A stretch of DNA of 64,000 nt from assembly GCA_019894975.1 (NCBI GenBank), contig JAGXNO010000004.1:32001-96000 (forward strand). Direction: 5' to 3'. Of this stretch, positions 20,077 to 30,844 are shown in pieces. The stretch is from Promethearchaeota archaeon (GTDB lineage: Archaea; Asgardarchaeota; Lokiarchaeia; Sigyniarchaeales; SOKP01). Under the pieces are notes generated by a model. It was given only the letters and a program-made list of their open reading frames with translations. It did not search any database and was not told where the DNA came from. A program made the translations under genes and the position numbers. Numbering within the stretch: the first letter of the stretch is position 1; each line of letters starts with the position of its first letter.

Positions 20077-22380
20077 ATGAGTAAAGAGGAATTTAATTTT
20101 TCTGATAAAAAAATATTGATCGAAAAAAGAGAAGATGTTGGCTCTTCTTATAAAATAAATGCATATAAGACAAAATTGAAACTTATGCAGGAACAAAAAA
20201 TTCCTCAAAAAGATATAAACGATTTATTAACTCACTTCTTCAATAAAAATAATTATATCTCAAATAAAACCAAAAACTCTATATCTAAAATAATTTGTGC
20301 TCAAAAAGTTAAGATCTTAATTCTAATAACTCACTCAGGTAGAGATATATTAGTTAATCGAGATAAATTAGTTAGAGATTATGGATGGTTTTTCTTTATT
20401 TCAAAAACAGAAAAAGATTCAAAGCAATCAGAAAAAAAAAAGCCTAAAAAAAAAGTTGAATCAAAAGCAGAAATTACTATAAGCAGGGAAGAATATCAGT
20501 TTGAAGATTTGCTGGTTCTTTTGAAACAGAAAGAACATATGAGGTCATTATACAATACAAAAGAATATAATCAATATTTAAAATTAATAAAATCTACTGA
20601 AATCCCTCAAATGCCTATAAAAGACGTTCTTGATGATTTTTTTCTTAAAAACAAGCTAGTTCCTATTGAAGAAAAGAAAGGAATTAGAAAAATAATTTAT
20701 TACCAAAAGAAAAAAGTAATAGTAATAAAATGTCTTATTGGCGATGAGATGTATGAGAACCTAGAAAACTTAGTAAAAAAGTATGGCTGGTATTTCTACA
20801 TCACAGGAGTTCCAGTTGGAAAAAGTGAATTATGTATAGCAATTGATAAGATAGAAAAGAGATTCGACACAGAATACTTCTCAAATATCTCCCTGGTAGA
20901 AGAATCGAACGACTCTAAGGATATCAGAGTAACTATATATCCTATTGTCTTAAAACCAAACCATAATTGTCATATTTTGGGCTTAGGAAAGTTAAATATT
21001 CTATTGGATTGTGGCCTTTCAGAGAAAGATGAAGAAAATGAGATTGAAGGGGATTTCAGACACGTTGAAGAATATCTTCAGAATTTACCCAACAAAATCA
21101 TGGACCAAGAAAAAGTAAAGATCGACTCTTCAGAAAAAGAACCTAATGAGATTACTCAAAATTACGCTCCATCCAATCCAAAAATAGATGCAATCTTTAT
21201 CTCGCATAGTCATTTTGATCATGTCTCTGGCCTTAGAGAATTGGTTAAATTATATCCCGACATTCCTATTTTAAGTTCAAGAATAACTTTAGATTTATAT
21301 CTCCTCCGAGATTCCAGTTTTTTAAAGCAAGAAAACGATGAGGAAATTGAGCAAGAAGAATACAAAAACATAGTCAGAAACATAATTTATGTTGAAAATG
21401 GTGATAAGCTCGAGTTTAAAGAAAAAGGTTGTTTTCTCTCATTTTTTCATGCAGGTCACATGCCTGGAGCTCTGATGATGTTAGCTAAAGTAAATGATTT
21501 CAGATTATTATATACGGGAGATTACACTTATCATGATATCACTCCATTTGCAGGAACAAGACGATTCTTAGAACAAATATCTCGCCCTATTGATTATTTG
21601 CTAATAGATGGTACCAGTGCTCAAGAAGAGTTTGGTGATATCTCTGATCAATTTCATAGTTTAATTTTGTTTTTAGAGCAAAAAGCAGAATATGGTGATA
21701 ACTCTTTAATTGGGGCAGATCCTTCAAGCTTAGCTATTTCATTCATGTTGACATTCTGGAGGTATTTTAGAAAACTCCAAATAAGACAAGATTACAAGAA
21801 ACGTCCAAATATTTATGTAGATATGATGGTAAGAAAGAATATTCAAGTTATTAATCATCGTTATGAATATATTTACGGTCCAATCTCTCGCTTAATCAGA
21901 GATAAAGCAAATCCATTTAATAGCATAAAGTTTAGATGGTTTGACCAAAATAGCTTAGATTTTTTACGTAAGAAAAATAACATTATTATCTCTCATCCTC
22001 CAGATCTATCTTACGGGTTGATAAGAAACATAATCAATCGTGTAGGACGCAATCCTCATAATTTCATATTTCTTGCAGGATCAATACATGAATCTCCCGG
22101 ATTAGAACTCATCGAAGGTGCTGGAGAAATAGAATTCTCCGAGACGTGGAAAATGCCTTTTCGAGCATTTCTGCTAAATACATTTGCCCCTCATATTAAA
22201 ATTAAACTTCATGCTGATAAAAATCAATTACGAGAGATGATTAAAATTCTTGAGCCAAAAGAAGTATGTTTTTTCCATCAATCTCCAAAAAAACTAATAG
22301 ATGTTGTAGAATATGTAAAAGAATTAGGTGTAGAAAAAGTTTCTTTGCCTAAAAAAAGGATGCTTACAATTTTGAATTAG
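20077..22380 (+). CDS. MBL/beta-CASP-fold nuclease-like protein with long N-terminal extension
   Basis: LLDCG, SHSHFDH, AGHMPG, YTGD, C-terminal LHAD and FFH motifs. Confidence 0.78.
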   Translation: MSKEEFNFSDKKILIEKREDVGSSYKINAYKTKLKLMQEQKIPQKDINDLLTHFFNKNNYISNKTKNSISKIICAQKVKILILITHSGRDILVNRDKLVRDYGWFFFISKTEKDSKQSEKKKPKKKVESKAEITISREEYQFEDLLVLLKQKEHMRSLYNTKEYNQYLKLIKSTEIPQMPIKDVLDDFFLKNKLVPIEEKKGIRKIIYYQKKKVIVIKCLIGDEMYENLENLVKKYGWYFYITGVPVGKSELCIAIDKIEKRFDTEYFSNISLVEESNDSKDIRVTIYPIVLKPNHNCHILGLGKLNILLDCGLSEKDEENEIEGDFRHVEEYLQNLPNKIMDQEKVKIDSSEKEPNEITQNYAPSNPKIDAIFISHSHFDHVSGLRELVKLYPDIPILSSRITLDLYLLRDSSFLKQENDEEIEQEEYKNIVRNIIYVENGDKLEFKEKGCFLSFFHAGHMPGALMMLAKVNDFRLLYTGDYTYHDITPFAGTRRFLEQISRPIDYLLIDGTSAQEEFGDISDQFHSLILFLEQKAEYGDNSLIGADPSSLAISFMLTFWRYFRKLQIRQDYKKRPNIYVDMMVRKNIQVINHRYEYIYGPISRLIRDKANPFNSIKFRWFDQNSLDFLRKKNNIIISHPPDLSYGLIRNIINRVGRNPHNFIFLAGSIHESPGLELIEGAGEIEFSETWKMPFRAFLLNTFAPHIKIKLHADKNQLREMIKILEPKEVCFFHQSPKKLIDVVEYVKELGVEKVSLPKKRMLTILN

Positions 22381-22511
22381 TTAATTCATAGAAAAATGGT
22401 AATATCTTTAAGAGATTGATAAATTACGGGCTTTTTTCAAGAAACGATAAAACTTTAAGTCAATAATTTCTTCTTCTATTTAGAAAAAAAACTCTTATGA
22501 GATGAGGTAAA

Positions 22512-22892
22512 ATGTACTCAGAAAAGGTTATGGAACACTTTAAAAATCCTCGAAATATGGGGGAAATGAAGGATGCCGATGCAATAGGAGAGCATGGAAA
22601 TCCGACATGTGGAGACCTTATGCACATTTATATCAAAGTGGGAGAAAAAAACGGAGAAAAAATAATTAAAGATATATCTTTTCAAACATTCGGATGTGCT
22701 GCGGCGATTGCAACCTCCTCTATGGTTACAGAATTAGCAAAAGGAAAATCATTAGAAGAAGCCTCTAACATTTCTCGAGATGACGTAGCTGAATCGCTAG
22801 ATGGATTACCCCCAATAAAATTACATTGCAGTAATTTAGCTGCTGATGCTCTAAAAGATGCAATAAAGAACTATCTTGATAAAAAGAAATAA
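22512..22892 (+). CDS. iscU: Fe-S cluster scaffold IscU/NifU-N
   Basis: HFKNPRN, CGD, FGC..A.A.SS, LPPIKLHCS. Confidence 0.95.
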   Translation: MYSEKVMEHFKNPRNMGEMKDADAIGEHGNPTCGDLMHIYIKVGEKNGEKIIKDISFQTFGCAAAIATSSMVTELAKGKSLEEASNISRDDVAESLDGLPPIKLHCSNLAADALKDAIKNYLDKKK

Positions 22893-22915
22893 TTATCTTA
22901 TCTCTTATCATCCTC

Positions 22916-23785
22916 ATGGATTTTTCTAAACCAGTAACTGAAATTATTAAAGAAAGAAAATCCAATAGAACTTATTCTGGAAAACCTCTTGAAAAAAAGC
23001 TAAGAGAAAAAGTAATAGTTTTATTAGAAAATCATGATTTAAAAAGCCCCTTCAGTGATTACGCGGGAAAAGCTAGATTTCAGCTATTAAGTATACCAGA
23101 GTTTGATCCTAAAGAAAAAAGAAAACTAGGAACTTACGGTATCATAAAAGGTGCTCAAGATTTTATTGTGGGGGTAGTTGAGAAATCTCAGTATGATCGA
23201 GAGCATTTTGGATATCTTTTGGAAACTATAATCCTAGCATTGACTGATTTAGGTTTAGGTACATGTTGGTTAGGTGGCACTTTTAATAAGAGTCTTTTTT
23301 CAGAGAAAATTAATTGTTCTTCTGATGAAATTTTACCTGCAATTACACCAGTTGGACATAGCGTTCAAAAATCAATTAGAGAAAAGATGATTAGATCTTT
23401 TGCTAAAGCGGATGAACGATTACCATGGGAGAAGTTGTTTTTTGATGGAAATTTATCTGTTCCAATTACTAAAGCTAAACTAGGAATATATACAGCATTA
23501 CTGGAGATGATCCAAGCTGGACCTTCAGCAGGAAATAGGCAACCATGGAGAATTATTAAGAGCCCTAATAAAAACAATTTTCATTTTTACACTACCAATC
23601 CTAAAGATGGACGTTTTCTACATTATAGTAAATTTAGACCATTAGATATCGGAATTGTAGTTTGCCATTTTGATCTCACTGCTAATGATTTAGACGTGAA
23701 AGGAGACTGGGTGGTTAAAGATCCCCAAATTCCCAATACAGAGAATTTACTTTATAAGATTACTTGGGAAGAGAAAATGAATTAA
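22916..23785 (+). CDS. Nitroreductase family protein (two-domain type)
   Basis: RKSNRTY, GTYG.IKGA, LGLGTCWLGG, PSAGNRQPW. Confidence 0.88.
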   Translation: MDFSKPVTEIIKERKSNRTYSGKPLEKKLREKVIVLLENHDLKSPFSDYAGKARFQLLSIPEFDPKEKRKLGTYGIIKGAQDFIVGVVEKSQYDREHFGYLLETIILALTDLGLGTCWLGGTFNKSLFSEKINCSSDEILPAITPVGHSVQKSIREKMIRSFAKADERLPWEKLFFDGNLSVPITKAKLGIYTALLEMIQAGPSAGNRQPWRIIKSPNKNNFHFYTTNPKDGRFLHYSKFRPLDIGIVVCHFDLTANDLDVKGDWVVKDPQIPNTENLLYKITWEEKMN

Positions 23786-23793
23786 AAAAATAA

Positions 23794-24393
23794 TTAAATT
23801 TCAACTGAATTACTACCTTCAATGACTTTAAGGTTGGAGATAAAAGGAATTTTTTGTACCTCAGACAATAGTTCAACTTTCGATCCTGATTCTCTTGCAA
23901 ACCCTTCTCCCTTTTTGATGGATAATAATCTTGTCTTTTGTTTGAAGGTAACAATAAAGCTTATACGATTTGTGTTTTCATCTATCGAATCGATTCCCAA
24001 CATGGTATAATATTTTAAGTGACGAACAAAAATAGGGCTCAGAACCTGGGCATAATCTTCAGTAACAGGAAAGTCAAGTTCTAAAATATCTTGAGCTAAA
24101 CCTTTTTGCCCGAATTTAGTATAAGTCATGAAATACATTAAACCACACCCAACAACCGTTAGTAATATCCCCACTATATAGAATCTCGTTCCATTAGCCA
24201 TACCTACTGCCATTACAAAAAAGATAAAACCAACATCTCTTGTTTCTTTTAGGGCATTTCTGAATCTAACAACAGAGAGCGCACCTACTAGTGTAAAAGC
24301 CCTTGCTAGATCCGTTCCAATGATTATCATAATCATCGCCACAATCATCCCTAATAAAACTAAAGTTTGAGTAAAGTTTGGTGAATTGAGATA
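23794..24393 (-). pseudogene. 5'-truncated DUF4956-family membrane protein
   Basis: ARAFTLVGALSVVRFR..ETRD motif; family-like frame (SPNFTQTLVLLGM) continues upstream of Met 24348 to a TAA at 24394-24396 with no start codon. Confidence 0.6.
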
Positions 24394-24467
24394 TTATTTA
24401 CAGATTATAAACAAAATCTTAATTAAATCAATTATTTTATAACTTATTAAAATAAGGAGTTAAAAAA

Positions 24468-24695
24468 ATGATTTTACATACGTATGACCTATGTCCTTTA
24501 CATTGGGTTTTCATGCTCGTGGGAGGGATAGTATATTTCGTTATTAGCTTATTAATTGCTCGATATATGCACAAAGATGCTATTAAGAGAGGAATTAAAA
24601 ACAGCGAAATTTGGTTATTAATCGGATTTTTCCTAAACTTAATTGGATTAGTTCTTTATCTATTCGTTAGGAAAAATTATGATGAGAGACCATAA
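24468..24695 (+). CDS. Small membrane protein (PLDc_N-like: DA.KRG...W...G..LY...R)
   Basis: Motif pattern; GGAG Shine-Dalgarno upstream. Confidence 0.7.
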   Translation: MILHTYDLCPLHWVFMLVGGIVYFVISLLIARYMHKDAIKRGIKNSEIWLLIGFFLNLIGLVLYLFVRKNYDERP

Positions 24696-24857
24696 GACAT
24701 AATATCTAAAAATAAGAAAGGTGTAAATTTTTATCACATCATTTTTTTTTTATTAATTTGTTATACTAGAAAATAAAATGAACTAGTTTCAAAAATTGAT
24801 GATTTATAATATATTATTTCTTGGTATGGGGAAAATTAATTTTATCTTTGCTACTTT

Positions 24858-25301
24858 TCATGTACTATGTAAAGAAATTTTATATGCTTTAGCGCAATGT
24901 TCACAGCAAAAGTTCATTTCTTCACCATGAATCGTTTCAATATGAAACTCTCCATATAATTTAACACCACAACTTTTACAAATTTCGAGCTTTGATTGAA
25001 TAGCAACCTCGATCAGATTATCAAACCTAGAAAAAATTCTATCAATGAAATCTATCCCGGAAAGAGTTAGTTTATAACCTTTTGAGCGTTTAGATTCTTC
25101 AGTGGCGATTTCTTCAATATGTCCTTCTGCTTTAAGTTTTTTAAGAAAATCATAGACATATGTAGGGCTAGCGGTTTTTCCTAAGTCTTTTTTTAATCTT
25201 TCAAGGATATAATAACCAGTTACAGCCTCTTTTGATTTTAACATAACTAAAGAATATAGTTTAGTTAAATTTTGAATTTTTAAATCGGTTTCTTCCGTCA
25301 T
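24858..25301 (-). CDS. PadR-like wHTH regulator with C-terminal TRASH metal-binding domain (CopR-like)
   Basis: GY.I..L..SPTYVY..L..L..EG; C-terminal CKSCG...FCCEHC. Confidence 0.82.
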   Translation of the reverse strand: MTEETDLKIQNLTKLYSLVMLKSKEAVTGYYILERLKKDLGKTASPTYVYDFLKKLKAEGHIEEIATEESKRSKGYKLTLSGIDFIDRIFSRFDNLIEVAIQSKLEICKSCGVKLYGEFHIETIHGEEMNFCCEHCAKAYKISLHST

Positions 25302-25483
25302 CTATTACTCTCGAATTTAATTTTTTTTTTTATATTTAGATTATATTAGAAAACCATAATATTTAAATATATATTTTTCCGTATATATACTCAGAAGTAT
25401 TATTTTTTATAAAATAAAAGTCGTACATGATAGAAAACTTTTGGTGATAAATTATAGTTTTAGACGGATTTCATGCAGATAAT

Positions 25484-25759
25484 ATGTTTCATATGATGGA
25501 ATGGAGCTCAGAAGTTTGGTTTTTTGTAATTATTATAGGTATCATTAGTTTTTTTTTGATAGCTTTAATTTTACTTTACACGATGAGAAAAGGGACAAAT
25601 AAACTTGAAAGCACTAAGTCTTCTGATCAGCAACTCAAAAAAACAGAATTTGAGAGTGATCAACATCTCAACGAGACACAATTCTGTCCTGACTGTGGAG
25701 CTAAATTTGATGAAAAAGGTATAGTATATTGTCCCGCATGTGGTCATAAGATTCAATAA
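25484..25759 (+). CDS. Single-TM protein with double zinc ribbon
   Basis: N-terminal TM helix; CPDCG..YCPACG. Confidence 0.75.
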   Translation: MFHMMEWSSEVWFFVIIIGIISFFLIALILLYTMRKGTNKLESTKSSDQQLKKTEFESDQHLNETQFCPDCGAKFDEKGIVYCPACGHKIQ

Positions 25760-26450
25760 AAGTGGTGAACTAATAAAGATGACATCTAAAGGAGTAAATT
25801 GGAATAATTTTAAAATAACGCCTCATCCGACTTTAGATGTTTATAATAAATTGGCTAAATCTTATGATAAAAGAAACGCAATGATGGAAAGAGTATTATC
25901 TAAGGCAAGATCGATTTTTTCGGTACTTAAAGGGGATGTATTAGAAGTCGGAACTGGAACTGGATTTAATCTAAAGCACTATAATCCAAAAACAAATATT
26001 GTAGCATTAGATTGGAGCCCTGGGATGGTATCACAAGCACACCTAAAAGTTAAAAAACATCGTTTAGAAAATGTTAAAGAAATCATTATAGGTGACATCC
26101 AAAAATTAAGCGATTATTTTGATCCTGAATCTTTTGATTACGTAACATCTAGTTGTGTTTTTTGTTCTGTTCCCAATCCCACCTTAGGTCTTAAAGAGGT
26201 TTTTAAAGTTTTGAGACCTTACGGTAAATTAATTCAGATTGAGCATGGATTAACAGAAATTAAACTTATCAATTTGGGGTTAGAACTCTTTGATCCATTC
26301 ACTTTTAAGAGATTTGGTTTCCATCTCAATAGAAATCATTTCAAAAACCTTGAAAATTCTGGATTTGAAATAACCCATCATCAAAAAATTGATCGGGTAG
26401 GAATCTTTCGTTTATTGATTTCAAAAAAGTCTCTTAAATATAAAATATGA
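25740..26450 (+). CDS. Class I SAM-dependent methyltransferase (likely start MTSK at 25779)
   Basis: VLEVGTGTG, FCSVPNP, IEH motifs. Confidence 0.88.
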   Translation: MVIRFNKSGELIKMTSKGVNWNNFKITPHPTLDVYNKLAKSYDKRNAMMERVLSKARSIFSVLKGDVLEVGTGTGFNLKHYNPKTNIVALDWSPGMVSQAHLKVKKHRLENVKEIIIGDIQKLSDYFDPESFDYVTSSCVFCSVPNPTLGLKEVFKVLRPYGKLIQIEHGLTEIKLINLGLELFDPFTFKRFGFHLNRNHFKNLENSGFEITHHQKIDRVGIFRLLISKKSLKYKI

Positions 26451-26637
26451 GGTAACCAAATGGTAATAATTGTAAATATATTAACAAATATTTTTTTTTA
26501 TTTTATTAAAATTATACATCTTTCAGATTTTTTTACAAAAATTAGAAAATATTATTAATAGAATTTTTTCAAAATATAAACAAAAGATATAATTAATAAA
26601 AATGGCAATAAGAAACATGAAAAAAGGTGATTTTTGA

Positions 26638-29535
26638 ATGACAGAAATTAAAGAAGATATAAATTTGAAATTATCAGGAATGACTTGCGCAAACTGTGCG
26701 TTGAAAATTGAGAATAAACTGGGCAATCTTGAAGGAGTTAAGAAGGCTGTAGTTAATTTTGCAAATGAAGAAGCCACAGTGGAGTATGATCCAAAGACAA
26801 CAAATTATGATATTATGCAGGCTGCGGTGAAAGATCTGGGATATAAAGCGTCTTTAGCCAGGGTTGAATTAAAAGTAATAGATGAGATATCAGAAGAGAA
26901 CTTTGAAATTCTAATTAAAGAAGTCCTAGGCATAAAAGGAATTCATGATGTTAGAGGTAATTTCAAAGCTTCAAAATTGTTCATTGGATTCAATGAATTG
27001 GCACTAGACGAAATTGGAGTATATTCAAAAGTTAAGAAATTGGGTTACAATGTTGAGAAATCAGCCGGAACAACGGATCTAGAAATCATAAAACATAAGA
27101 AAGAAATGAAATACCGGCTGCGTATCATGTTAATTTCCTTAGTATTTTCCCTTGTTATTACCCCGATTAGTTGGTTTATGGTAGAATCATTCGAAAGAAA
27201 TATTCTCCTTTTCTTCTTGGCAATAGCAAATTTTGTTATTTGTGGGTCGTTTTTCTTAATTGGAGCATACAAATCATTAAAAAACAAATCTACAAATATG
27301 GATGTACTAGTTGCTTTAGGTACAACGACCGCGTTAATTTACTCTATTTTAACAACTTTCTTAATAGAAGGAAAAACGTTCTATGAAGCAATGAGTTTGA
27401 TTATTACCTTTTTATTAGTCGGGAAATATCTTGAGCATAAAACTAAAGGACAAGCCTCAGAAGCTATCAAAAAACTGATTGGCTTGCAGCCGAAAACTGC
27501 TATTATTGTAAAAGATGGAGAAGAATTAGAGATTCCTATCGAAGAACTTGAAATCGGGGATGTGTTAGTAGTAAGACCTGGTGAAAAAATTCCTGTTGAT
27601 GGGAAAGTAGTCGAAGGAAAAACAAAGGTAGACGAATCAATGATTACAGGAGAGAGTAAGTATGTTAAAAAGGAAATAGACAGCGAAGTAATCGGAGCGA
27701 CAGTGAACCAAACAGGGCTAATTCATATGGTAACTGAGAAAATTGGAAAAGAAACCTTGCTATTTCAAATAATTGATTTTGTAAAGCAAGCTCAAAGTAG
27801 AAAAGCAGCAAAACAACAATTAGCTGATAAAATTAGCAATTATTTCGTTCCTGTAGTTATTTTAATTGCTATCGGTGCCTTTCTCTATTGGTATTTTATT
27901 GGGACTCAAATATATCCCGCACTTCAAGCTACGCAACTGGAAACGTCATTACAAATATTTACATCAATCGTGGTTATTGCCTGCCCTTGTGCTTTAGGAT
28001 TAGCTATTCCTACAGCGGTGATGGTTGGAACAGGTAAAGGAGCTGAAAGTGGACTATTAATTAAGGGCGGAGACTCTCTGGAATCTATTAACACAATCAA
28101 TACCATTGTGTTTGACAAAACCGGTACATTAACGGTTGGTAAACCCAAGGTTTCAGCGATTTATTCAGAGAAAACTTTGACGGGATCAGGTTATGACGAT
28201 AACGATGTTTTACTTTATGCCGGAAGCGCAGAGATGGGTTCAGAACATCCACTTGGAAGAGCTATTATCGAAGAAGCAAACCAAAGGGCTATCGGTCTTG
28301 AACCTTTGACTGAGTTCAACGCTGTTCCAGGGAAAGGGATTAAAACCAATATAAAAGGAAAGAGTGTACTGATTGGAAATGAAAAGTTAATGATTGATAA
28401 TAACATCTCAACTGAAGAATACAAGGCTAAATTTGAGGAATTTCAGCAACAAGGAATAACAACTATCTTAATAAGTATTGGTGATAAAGTTCGGGGAATT
28501 ATTGGTATCTCAGATAAGATGAAAGATCAAGCACCTTATGCTCTAGATAAGTTAAGAGAAATGGGAATTGAAATTTACATGATTACAGGGGATAATATGC
28601 AGACGGCATTAACTGTTGGAGGACAACTTAATTTCGACGAGTCGCACATTTTAGCAGAGGTTTTACCAAATGATAAAGCTTTAAATATCCAGAAACTCCA
28701 ACAATCGGGGGAGAATAGGATTGTTGGGATGGTCGGTGATGGTATAAATGATGCTCCCGCATTAGCTCAAGCAGATGTAGGAATTGCTATAGGTTCCGGT
28801 ACTGATGTGGCAATTGAAACAGCAGATATAGTGTTGATGCGTGGAGATCTACGTAATGTCGTCTCAGCAATTAATCTATCTAAAAAAACTTATAGAAAGA
28901 TGATAACAAACTTATTCTGGGCATTTATTTATAATATCATAGGACTTCCACTAGCAGCAGGTGTATTATTCGGTTTTACGGGGATTTTCTTACCACCATA
29001 CTTAGCAGCTGTTTTCATGGCAATTAGTTCCGTTTCAGTGGTGACCAATGCGCTCTTCCTTAAAAGATTTGAGCCGAAGACACCTCAACAAATTGAAGAA
29101 GAAAGATTGTTAATCTCTCAAGAGAAAGTCACGGATCCTGTATGTGGGATGGAAATAAATCCAAGAAGTGCAATTGAATATGAATATAAGGAAAAGATTT
29201 ATCATTTCTGCAATCCCAATTGTGAGGCTCATTTTAAACGAGATCCTGAACGATTTAAGAATTATGATGCAATGGATCCTAAATTAATGCAAATGAAAAC
29301 TAAGGATCCAAGTGATAATATGAAAATTGAAAATATAAATAACAAAAAAAAAGAGGTAGATAAAGGTATGGGTAAATTGAAATGCGAGGAATGTGGATTA
29401 GAACAAGATCTTCCAATGCATTGTGGACAAGCAATGCATAAGGAGGGAGAACAATTAGTCTGCTGGATGGGTGCTAGTTGTGGGGCTCAACCAATTCCAG
29501 AGCATCATGGAAAACAGATGGAAATTATTAACTAA
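26638..29535 (+). CDS. copA: Cu(I)-translocating P1B-type ATPase with N-terminal HMA, C-terminal YHS/TRASH and an extra Cys/His domain
   Basis: GMTCANC, TGES, CPC, DKTGT, SEHP, GDGIND, YN, M..SS motifs; DPVCGM..FCNPNC. Confidence 0.95.
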   Translation: MTEIKEDINLKLSGMTCANCALKIENKLGNLEGVKKAVVNFANEEATVEYDPKTTNYDIMQAAVKDLGYKASLARVELKVIDEISEENFEILIKEVLGIKGIHDVRGNFKASKLFIGFNELALDEIGVYSKVKKLGYNVEKSAGTTDLEIIKHKKEMKYRLRIMLISLVFSLVITPISWFMVESFERNILLFFLAIANFVICGSFFLIGAYKSLKNKSTNMDVLVALGTTTALIYSILTTFLIEGKTFYEAMSLIITFLLVGKYLEHKTKGQASEAIKKLIGLQPKTAIIVKDGEELEIPIEELEIGDVLVVRPGEKIPVDGKVVEGKTKVDESMITGESKYVKKEIDSEVIGATVNQTGLIHMVTEKIGKETLLFQIIDFVKQAQSRKAAKQQLADKISNYFVPVVILIAIGAFLYWYFIGTQIYPALQATQLETSLQIFTSIVVIACPCALGLAIPTAVMVGTGKGAESGLLIKGGDSLESINTINTIVFDKTGTLTVGKPKVSAIYSEKTLTGSGYDDNDVLLYAGSAEMGSEHPLGRAIIEEANQRAIGLEPLTEFNAVPGKGIKTNIKGKSVLIGNEKLMIDNNISTEEYKAKFEEFQQQGITTILISIGDKVRGIIGISDKMKDQAPYALDKLREMGIEIYMITGDNMQTALTVGGQLNFDESHILAEVLPNDKALNIQKLQQSGENRIVGMVGDGINDAPALAQADVGIAIGSGTDVAIETADIVLMRGDLRNVVSAINLSKKTYRKMITNLFWAFIYNIIGLPLAAGVLFGFTGIFLPPYLAAVFMAISSVSVVTNALFLKRFEPKTPQQIEEERLLISQEKVTDPVCGMEINPRSAIEYEYKEKIYHFCNPNCEAHFKRDPERFKNYDAMDPKLMQMKTKDPSDNMKIENINNKKKEVDKGMGKLKCEECGLEQDLPMHCGQAMHKEGEQLVCWMGASCGAQPIPEHHGKQMEIIN

Positions 29536-29553
29536 TCTAAATAGGGTGAGAAC

Positions 29554-29739
29554 ATGGGCAGGCTGCAATTAAAATGTTGTAAATGTGGAAATATGATGGA
29601 AACTCTTCCAGGTGGTAGCCAAGATATCATAATTGATGATGATACAGGAGACATGCTTTATTGGAACGGTAAAGAGTGTGGTTATAGGCCTGCTGATTGC
29701 CTTGTATGTGAAAAATGTTTAGAAAAAGGTTGTAAGTAA
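29554..29739 (+). CDS. Small Cys-rich metal-binding protein
   Basis: CCKC..C..CLVCEKC..C in 61 aa; GGTGA Shine-Dalgarno; directly after copA. Confidence 0.7.
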   Translation: MGRLQLKCCKCGNMMETLPGGSQDIIIDDDTGDMLYWNGKECGYRPADCLVCEKCLEKGCK

Positions 29740-29836
29740 GATTTTTTTTGATCCCTTTTTTATAATTTATAAAATATAATATTTAAAGGAATTTTGATAT
29801 TTTTTACTTTAAAGAAAATTGAATGAGTGCTAGATT

Positions 29837-30835
29837 ATGAAATACTACTCAAATATTTTAAAGTTAATCGGTAGAACTCCTTTAGTCAGAATTGACAAAA
29901 GTAATCCAAATCCTAATGTGCTTTTGTTAGCTAAATTGGAAAAATATAATCCTGCTGGTTCTGTTAAAGATAGAATAGCAATTTCCATGATTGAAGAAGC
30001 TGAGAAAGAGGGGATCTTAACCCCAGATAAAATAGTTATCGAACCAAGTAGTGGTAATACTGGTATAGGATTATCACTAGTATGTGCTGTAAAAGGATAT
30101 AAATTAGAAATTGTTATGCCTGAGACAATGTCAGTTGAACGTCGGAAAATTATGACTGCCTATGGTGCAAAAATAACATTAACTCCTGGGGATGATGGAA
30201 TGAACGGAGCGCAAGATTATGTTAAAACCAGAGTTAAAGAAAATCCCGAAAAATACTTTTTTCCAAACCAATTTGCGAATGAAAATAATCCTATGGCACA
30301 TTATAGATATACTGCTGAGGAAATAATAGAAGATACTGATGGTAAAATTGATGTATTTGTCGCGGGACTTGGTACTACTGGTACTTTGATGGGAGTATCA
30401 AAAAGGTTGAAGGAACACAACCCCAATATTAGAATCATTGCCGTAGAACCTGAATCTGGAGCACCTGTTCAAGGATTAAAAAACCTTGAAACCTCATATG
30501 TACCAGATATTTATGATGAATCTCAAATTGATGAAAAGGTTTATATAAACATGGAACATGCGGAACATGCGTCAAGAATGCTTTCTCTGCAAGAAGGGAT
30601 TTTTACAGGGATAAGTTCGGGTGCCGCCATGTATGTAGCAATAGAAACTGCGAGAAAAATGAAATCTGGGACTATTGTTGTTCTATTACCAGATGGGGGT
30701 GAAAAATATATTAGTCACCCGATTTTCTCCCCGGAAAAATGCCTAGAATGCACTAAAAAGTGCAAGATTATGACGTTGTGGGATGATGAATATATCGCCT
30801 CAATAGCCGAGTGGTGGGAAAATAAACCTGAATAA
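29837..30835 (+). CDS. cysK: PLP-dependent cysteine synthase (CysK/CysM family)
   Basis: KLEKYNPAGSVKDR, SSGNTG, GTTGT, PDGGEKY. Confidence 0.9.
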   Translation: MKYYSNILKLIGRTPLVRIDKSNPNPNVLLLAKLEKYNPAGSVKDRIAISMIEEAEKEGILTPDKIVIEPSSGNTGIGLSLVCAVKGYKLEIVMPETMSVERRKIMTAYGAKITLTPGDDGMNGAQDYVKTRVKENPEKYFFPNQFANENNPMAHYRYTAEEIIEDTDGKIDVFVAGLGTTGTLMGVSKRLKEHNPNIRIIAVEPESGAPVQGLKNLETSYVPDIYDESQIDEKVYINMEHAEHASRMLSLQEGIFTGISSGAAMYVAIETARKMKSGTIVVLLPDGGEKYISHPIFSPEKCLECTKKCKIMTLWDDEYIASIAEWWENKPE

Positions 30836-30844
30836 ACTCTTTAA

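Noticed and set aside
26449-26560. GAGGT + ATG short ORF between the methyltransferase and copA
   Set aside because: Runs straight into low-complexity poly-T/A sequence; likely non-coding.
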